DNA of 21,489 nt from NCBI GenBank assembly GCA_963624325.1, contig CAVFPH010000023.1, forward strand, positions 1 through 21,489, written 5' to 3'. The notes under the pieces are model-generated. The model did no database searches. It worked only from the letters and a program-made list of their open reading frames with translations, and was not told the origin of the DNA. This document shows, piece by piece, positions 17,572 to 21,489 of this stretch (the first letter of the stretch is position 1; each line of letters starts with the position of its first letter). The translations under genes were made by a program, and so were the position numbers. This DNA comes from a bacterium (GTDB taxonomy: Bacteria; Bacillota; Clostridia; Christensenellales; Aristaeellaceae).

Positions 17572-18290
17572 GCGAAGCGAATAATATATCTCTGCCGCGC
17601 CATGTGGCAATCATTATGGACGGCAACGGCCGATGGGCGAAAGCACACAAGTTGGCCGTCGCCCAGGGACATCGGCAGGGAACGGAAACCCTGCGGGCCA
17701 TCATTCGCGAAAGCAGTGATATCGGCATTCAGGCACTGACACTTTATGCGTTTTCCACGGAGAATTGGCGCCGCAGCCGAACGGAGGTTGCTGCGCTGAT
17801 GAGCCTTCTGCTGGAGTACTTTACCTCCGAGATTGACGAATTGGACGAAAAAAATGTATGCATCCGTATCCTGGGGGATAAGGACGGGCTGCCGGCTCCT
17901 CAGCGGGAAGCACTGATTACCGCAGAATCCCGTACAAAAATGAACAGCGGCCTTAAGCTGAATATTGCAATCAATTACGGCGGACGGGCGGAAATTGTCC
18001 GCGCGGCAAAAATGCTGGCACAAAGAGCGGCAGAGGGCACGCTTGCTCCGGATGAAATTGACGAAAACATTTTTTCCGCGGCTCTCTATACGCACGACCT
18101 GCCGGATGTTGATCTACTGATTCGCACAAGCGGCGAGATGCGGCTGAGCAATTTCCTGCTCTACCAGTGTGCTTATGCCGAAATGGAATTTCCGACTGTG
18201 CTGTGGCCCGATTTTTCACTGGCGGATTATCATGCGGCGCTGGATGCCTATGCTGCGCGTGACCGTCGGTTTGGAGGACGAAAATCATGA
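17568..18290 (+). CDS. uppS: Undecaprenyl-diphosphate synthase (isoprenyl transferase)
   Basis: LPRHVAIIMDGNGRWAK, LTLYAFSTENWRR and RTSGEMRLSNFLLYQCAYAEMEF. I chose the GTG at 17568, 7 nt after GGAGGAGG. The track's ATG at 17469 adds an implausible 33-residue Gly/Cys-rich extension. Confidence 0.92.
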   Translation: MSEANNISLPRHVAIIMDGNGRWAKAHKLAVAQGHRQGTETLRAIIRESSDIGIQALTLYAFSTENWRRSRTEVAALMSLLLEYFTSEIDELDEKNVCIRILGDKDGLPAPQREALITAESRTKMNSGLKLNIAINYGGRAEIVRAAKMLAQRAAEGTLAPDEIDENIFSAALYTHDLPDVDLLIRTSGEMRLSNFLLYQCAYAEMEFPTVLWPDFSLADYHAALDAYAARDRRFGGRKS

Positions 18291-19117
18291 AACAGAACCT
18301 GAAAGCCCGCGTAATTACGGGCGCAATCCTGCTTGGCGCCCTTGCCTTTGCCATCATCATGGGCGGCTGGGTATTTTCGGTGATCTGCATCCTGTGCATC
18401 GGCATTGCCCTATATGAGATGATGCATGTTCTCCGGCAGCGAGGACATCAGATTGTCCGCTGGCCTGTATGGGCGGCTACGATTGCAAGCATCCCTTGCT
18501 TTTTGATGTGGCAAAATCGCCTTCTCATGCCCATTGCTGTGTTTACTTGCATGGTGACAACAACCTACGTGCTCTTTCACGGCGAACCCAAGTTGGAGGA
18601 TATCCTGCTGTCCCTGATGCCCTTCTTTGCGGTTTCTCTTCCGGGCATGTGCCTGTTGGCTCAGATCAATGCCCCCTTCCGCTGGCTGCAGGTGATGCTG
18701 CTCTGTCTGTCCTTCCTGGTGCCTACACTGGGGGATACGGCGGCTTATTTTATCGGCAGCCGTTTCGGCAAACGAAAGCTGATTCCTGCCGTCAGTCCCA
18801 ACAAAACGGTTGAAGGCGCGGCGGCGGGAATCATCGGAAGCACGGTTACCGCACTATTGATTTACTGGCTGACGCACACTTTTATGCCCGCAGCGGATCT
18901 TGATCTGCTGCCGCCGGTCTGGCATTTTGCAATCATCGGTCTTGTCGGCGGTATCGCGGGCGAAATCGGCGATTTGTTCGCTTCCCTTGTCAAGCGTCAT
19001 TGCGGCGTAAAGGACTACAGCAATATTTTCCCCGGCCATGGCGGCATGATGGACAGACTGGACAGCGTGCTGTTTGTTTCGGTGCTGATCTATCTGTATC
19101 AATCCTTGATGTGGTAA
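18287..19117 (+). CDS. cdsA: Phosphatidate cytidylyltransferase
   Basis: Multi-pass membrane protein with the SPNKTVEGAAAG and KRHCGVKDYSNIFPGHGGMMDRLDS signature. Its ATG overlaps the uppS stop (ATGA). Confidence 0.93.
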   Translation: MKQNLKARVITGAILLGALAFAIIMGGWVFSVICILCIGIALYEMMHVLRQRGHQIVRWPVWAATIASIPCFLMWQNRLLMPIAVFTCMVTTTYVLFHGEPKLEDILLSLMPFFAVSLPGMCLLAQINAPFRWLQVMLLCLSFLVPTLGDTAAYFIGSRFGKRKLIPAVSPNKTVEGAAAGIIGSTVTALLIYWLTHTFMPAADLDLLPPVWHFAIIGLVGGIAGEIGDLFASLVKRHCGVKDYSNIFPGHGGMMDRLDSVLFVSVLIYLYQSLMW

Positions 19118-19133
19118 CTGAAAGGCGCATGAA

Positions 19134-20294
19134 ATGCGAACAATCAATGTTCTGGGCAGCACGGGATCCATCGGCACGCAGGCTTTGCAGATTGCTTTGC
19201 TGCATCCGGAGATGTTTCGGGTAAATGCTCTGACCGCGCATAAAAGCGCGGAAGCGCTCTTTGAACAGGTGCGTGCTTTCCGCCCGCAAATGGCGGGATT
19301 GACAGGCTTAACGGCCGATCAGGTAGAAATTCCGGAAGACCTTCGCTTTTGTGAGTGGCACTTTGGCCGCGATGCATTGCTGACCGCCGCCCGGTCGGTG
19401 CCGTGCGACGATGTGCTGGTTTCGGTAGTCGGCATGGTTGGCCTGCCGGCTGTGCTTGCGGCGCGAGAAGCCGGGCACCGGGTGCTGCTGGCCAATAAAG
19501 AAGCACTGGTGGCAGGGGGGAGTCTTGTGACGGCTGCCTGCCCGGAAGATGACAAAAATCCGACGCTGATTCCCGTGGACAGCGAACACAGCGCGATTTA
19601 TCAGTGCCTGAAGGGGGCACAGGGAAATCCCTATGAAAGAATTTTGCTTACCGCATCGGGCGGCGCATTCCGCAGCTTTACTCGGGAGCAGATGGAAAAT
19701 GCTACCCTTGCGCAGGCACTGACGCATCCAAACTGGTCGATGGGTGCAAAAATCACCGTGGATTCCGCAACGATGTTCAACAAAGCACTGGAAGTGATTG
19801 AGGCCAAATGGCTCTTTAACGCACAGCCGGAGCAGATTCATGTATTGATTCACCCGCAAAGCATCGTGCATTCCATGGTGGAATTCAAGGATGGTGCCGT
19901 GCTGGCACAGCTTGGCGCGCCGGACATGCGCGTACCGATTGCGTATGCCATGGCGTACCCCGAGAGAATTACAACAAACGCCCCGAAAGCGGACTTTGCC
20001 GCAATCGGGCAATGCACCTTCAGCGAAGTGGATACGGAGCGTTTCCCCGCCGTTTCCGTGGCCTATCAGGTGCTGCACGACGGCGGTGCGGCAGCCTGCG
20101 TCATGAATGCTGCCAATGAGGAAGCAAATGCGCGCTTCAGAGCCGGCGGCCTTCGCTTCCTTCAAATCGGCGAAGTAGTGTACGATACGCTTTCGGCCAT
20201 CGGCAATTTGCCTGCAGATACCGTTGAACAGGTTTACGCTGCCGATGCACTGGCACGCCGACACGCAAACGAAATCATGAACGGGCTGAATTGA
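19134..20294 (+). CDS. dxr: 1-deoxy-D-xylulose 5-phosphate reductoisomerase
   Basis: MRTINVLGSTGSIGTQAL (GSTGSIG NADPH-binding motif), LANKEALV, DSEHSAIYQC, SGGAFR and NKALEVIEAKWLF. Confidence 0.96.
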   Translation: MRTINVLGSTGSIGTQALQIALLHPEMFRVNALTAHKSAEALFEQVRAFRPQMAGLTGLTADQVEIPEDLRFCEWHFGRDALLTAARSVPCDDVLVSVVGMVGLPAVLAAREAGHRVLLANKEALVAGGSLVTAACPEDDKNPTLIPVDSEHSAIYQCLKGAQGNPYERILLTASGGAFRSFTREQMENATLAQALTHPNWSMGAKITVDSATMFNKALEVIEAKWLFNAQPEQIHVLIHPQSIVHSMVEFKDGAVLAQLGAPDMRVPIAYAMAYPERITTNAPKADFAAIGQCTFSEVDTERFPAVSVAYQVLHDGGAAACVMNAANEEANARFRAGGLRFLQIGEVVYDTLSAIGNLPADTVEQVYAADALARRHANEIMNGLN

Positions 20295-20305
20295 CGGGAG
20301 GGCGC

Positions 20306-21385
20306 ATGTCAACCATCATTTATGTTTTGCTGGCACTGCTGCTGCTGGGCATCATGATCACCGTGCACGAGCTGGGGCATTTTTGCGCGGCACGTGCCTG
20401 CGGCATTGCCGTGCGTGCATTTGGCGTTGGGATCGGCCCTAAAATTTTGAGCCGGAAGAGCAAAAAAAACGGCACGGAATATTCTTTGCGGTTAATCCCT
20501 TGTGGTGGCTTCTGTGCCTTTTACGGCGAGGATGATGCCGGGGAAAGCCATAAGGAAGATCCTCGCTCACTGCTGCTGCAGCCTGCATGGAAGCGGCTGA
20601 TCTGCACAGTGGCAGGACCTCTGATGAACTTTGTGCTGGCGTTGGTTGTAGCCTTTGCCTTCTTCATGGGTTACGGACTCCCGTATGCATCGGGCGATAT
20701 TGTCACCACGATTCAATCGGTAAACGAAGGCAGTCCGGCAGAGCAGGCCGGTTTATTGGCCGGAGACGTTATCCTGTCCGTAAACGGACAAACGATAAAC
20801 GGGGATTTTTCCGATATCGTAGATGCATGGCAGGAAGGCGATGCGCCTTTATCTGTGACCGTGCAGCGCGATGATCAGGAAGCAGAAGTGCAGGTAACCC
20901 CCTACGAATCGGCCCGGGAAGGCCGCAAGCTGATCGGCATCACCATCATTTTAAGCCAGCAGGGCGAAATCACCTGGAAGCATGCATCGGTCGGAAAGAC
21001 GCTGCGTCATACGTGGGATGTATGTGTATCTGCAGGCGGAGCAATCCTTGAAGCTCTGGAACGGCTGTTTACAAGCGGTGAGGGTGTGAATGAGATGTCC
21101 GGGCCTGTGGGCATTATCAGCCAGATTGCCGAGCAGACACGTGAGTACAAGTTGATGGGCTATCTGAATATGCTGATTATGATTTCCATCAATCTGGGAT
21201 TGGTCAATCTGCTGCCCATTCCCGGTCTGGATGGATGCCGCATCCTGTTCATGCTGATTGAAATCGTTTTCCGCCGACCCGTCAACCGCAAGGTGGAGGC
21301 CTGCATTCATCTGGCAGGCTATGTGCTTCTGCTAGCCCTGATGCTGTATTTTACGTTCCACGATGTGATCAACATCTTTGGATAA
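20306..21385 (+). CDS. rseP: RIP (site-2) zinc metalloprotease, M50 family, with a PDZ domain
   Basis: HELGHF zinc motif in TM1, PDZ-like GSPAEQAGLLAGDVILSVNGQTI, and the NLLPIPGLDG motif. The start is the ATG at 20306, after GGGAGGG. The track's TTG at 20291 overlaps the end of dxr. Confidence 0.92.
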   Translation: MSTIIYVLLALLLLGIMITVHELGHFCAARACGIAVRAFGVGIGPKILSRKSKKNGTEYSLRLIPCGGFCAFYGEDDAGESHKEDPRSLLLQPAWKRLICTVAGPLMNFVLALVVAFAFFMGYGLPYASGDIVTTIQSVNEGSPAEQAGLLAGDVILSVNGQTINGDFSDIVDAWQEGDAPLSVTVQRDDQEAEVQVTPYESAREGRKLIGITIILSQQGEITWKHASVGKTLRHTWDVCVSAGGAILEALERLFTSGEGVNEMSGPVGIISQIAEQTREYKLMGYLNMLIMISINLGLVNLLPIPGLDGCRILFMLIEIVFRRPVNRKVEACIHLAGYVLLLALMLYFTFHDVINIFG

Positions 21386-21403
21386 GAAACCGAGGAAATA
21401 CCG

Positions 21404-21489
21404 ATGAAAACACGAGCAATGATGGTTGGCGCGGTGCCGCTTGGCGGCGGAGCGCGCGTTTCCGTACAGTCGATGACCAATACCGATAC
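21404..21489 (+). CDS. ispG: 4-hydroxy-3-methylbut-2-en-1-yl diphosphate synthase, N-terminal fragment (runs off the right edge)
   Basis: This gene is not in the ORF track. The ATG at 21404 follows GAGGAA. The translation MKTRAMMVGAVPLGGGARVSVQSMTNTD matches the conserved IspG N-terminus (VG.VP.GG.AP..VQSMTNT.T.D). rseP-ispG synteny is typical of Clostridia. Confidence 0.8.
   Translation, partial: MKTRAMMVGAVPLGGGARVSVQSMTNTD

Noticed and set aside
1-21489. A search for mobile-element boundaries, CRISPR repeats, tRNA/rRNA genes, and defence or toxin-antitoxin modules around the accessory cluster.
   Set aside because: I recognised no integrase, transposase or recombinase motifs, no regularly spaced direct repeats, no tRNA-like cloverleaf regions in any intergenic gap, and no nuclease/ATPase/small-toxin pairs. 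I could not establish flanking direct repeats by eye. A computational self-alignment would be needed to exclude short att-like repeats.

Overview
The window looks like a Firmicutes/Clostridia chromosome of moderately high GC. This call rests on GGAGG-type RBSs, sigma-A-like promoters, many rho-independent terminators, and the gene order frr-uppS-cdsA-dxr-rseP-ispG.

Layout, left to right:
- A class-I biotin ligase (partial at the left edge, missing from the ORF track) sits divergent from an SDR reductase.
- A minus-strand ribosomal-protein block follows: rplS, then rplJ-rplL with an L10-leader-like attenuator.
- An accessory cluster spans about 3.4-12.8 kb. It holds a kinase-less YesN/AraC-type response regulator and four Sec-secreted proteins: two paralogous GH3-like glycosidases with CARDB-like tails, a cysteine-rich 22-residue-repeat beta-helix protein, and a CBM9-like binding protein.
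- Next come a stand-alone 74-aa helical protein, a PHP-domain metallohydrolase, and two translationally coupled CNNM/CorC (DUF21-CBS) paralogs.
- The window ends with the conserved frr-(orf78)-uppS-cdsA-dxr-rseP-ispG operon (ispG partial at the right edge, also missing from the ORF track).

I found no rRNA, tRNA, CRISPR array, transposase, integrase, or recognisable defence or toxin-antitoxin module.

The most interesting material is the secreted glycan-processing cluster, which has no transporter and no kinase. Its three promoters share a -35-overlapping box and a nearly identical translation-initiation sequence. The Cys-ladder beta-helix protein and an uncharacterised 78-aa ORF coupled on both sides between frr and uppS also deserve a second look.

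Every family assignment comes from motifs read by eye. No database search was run.
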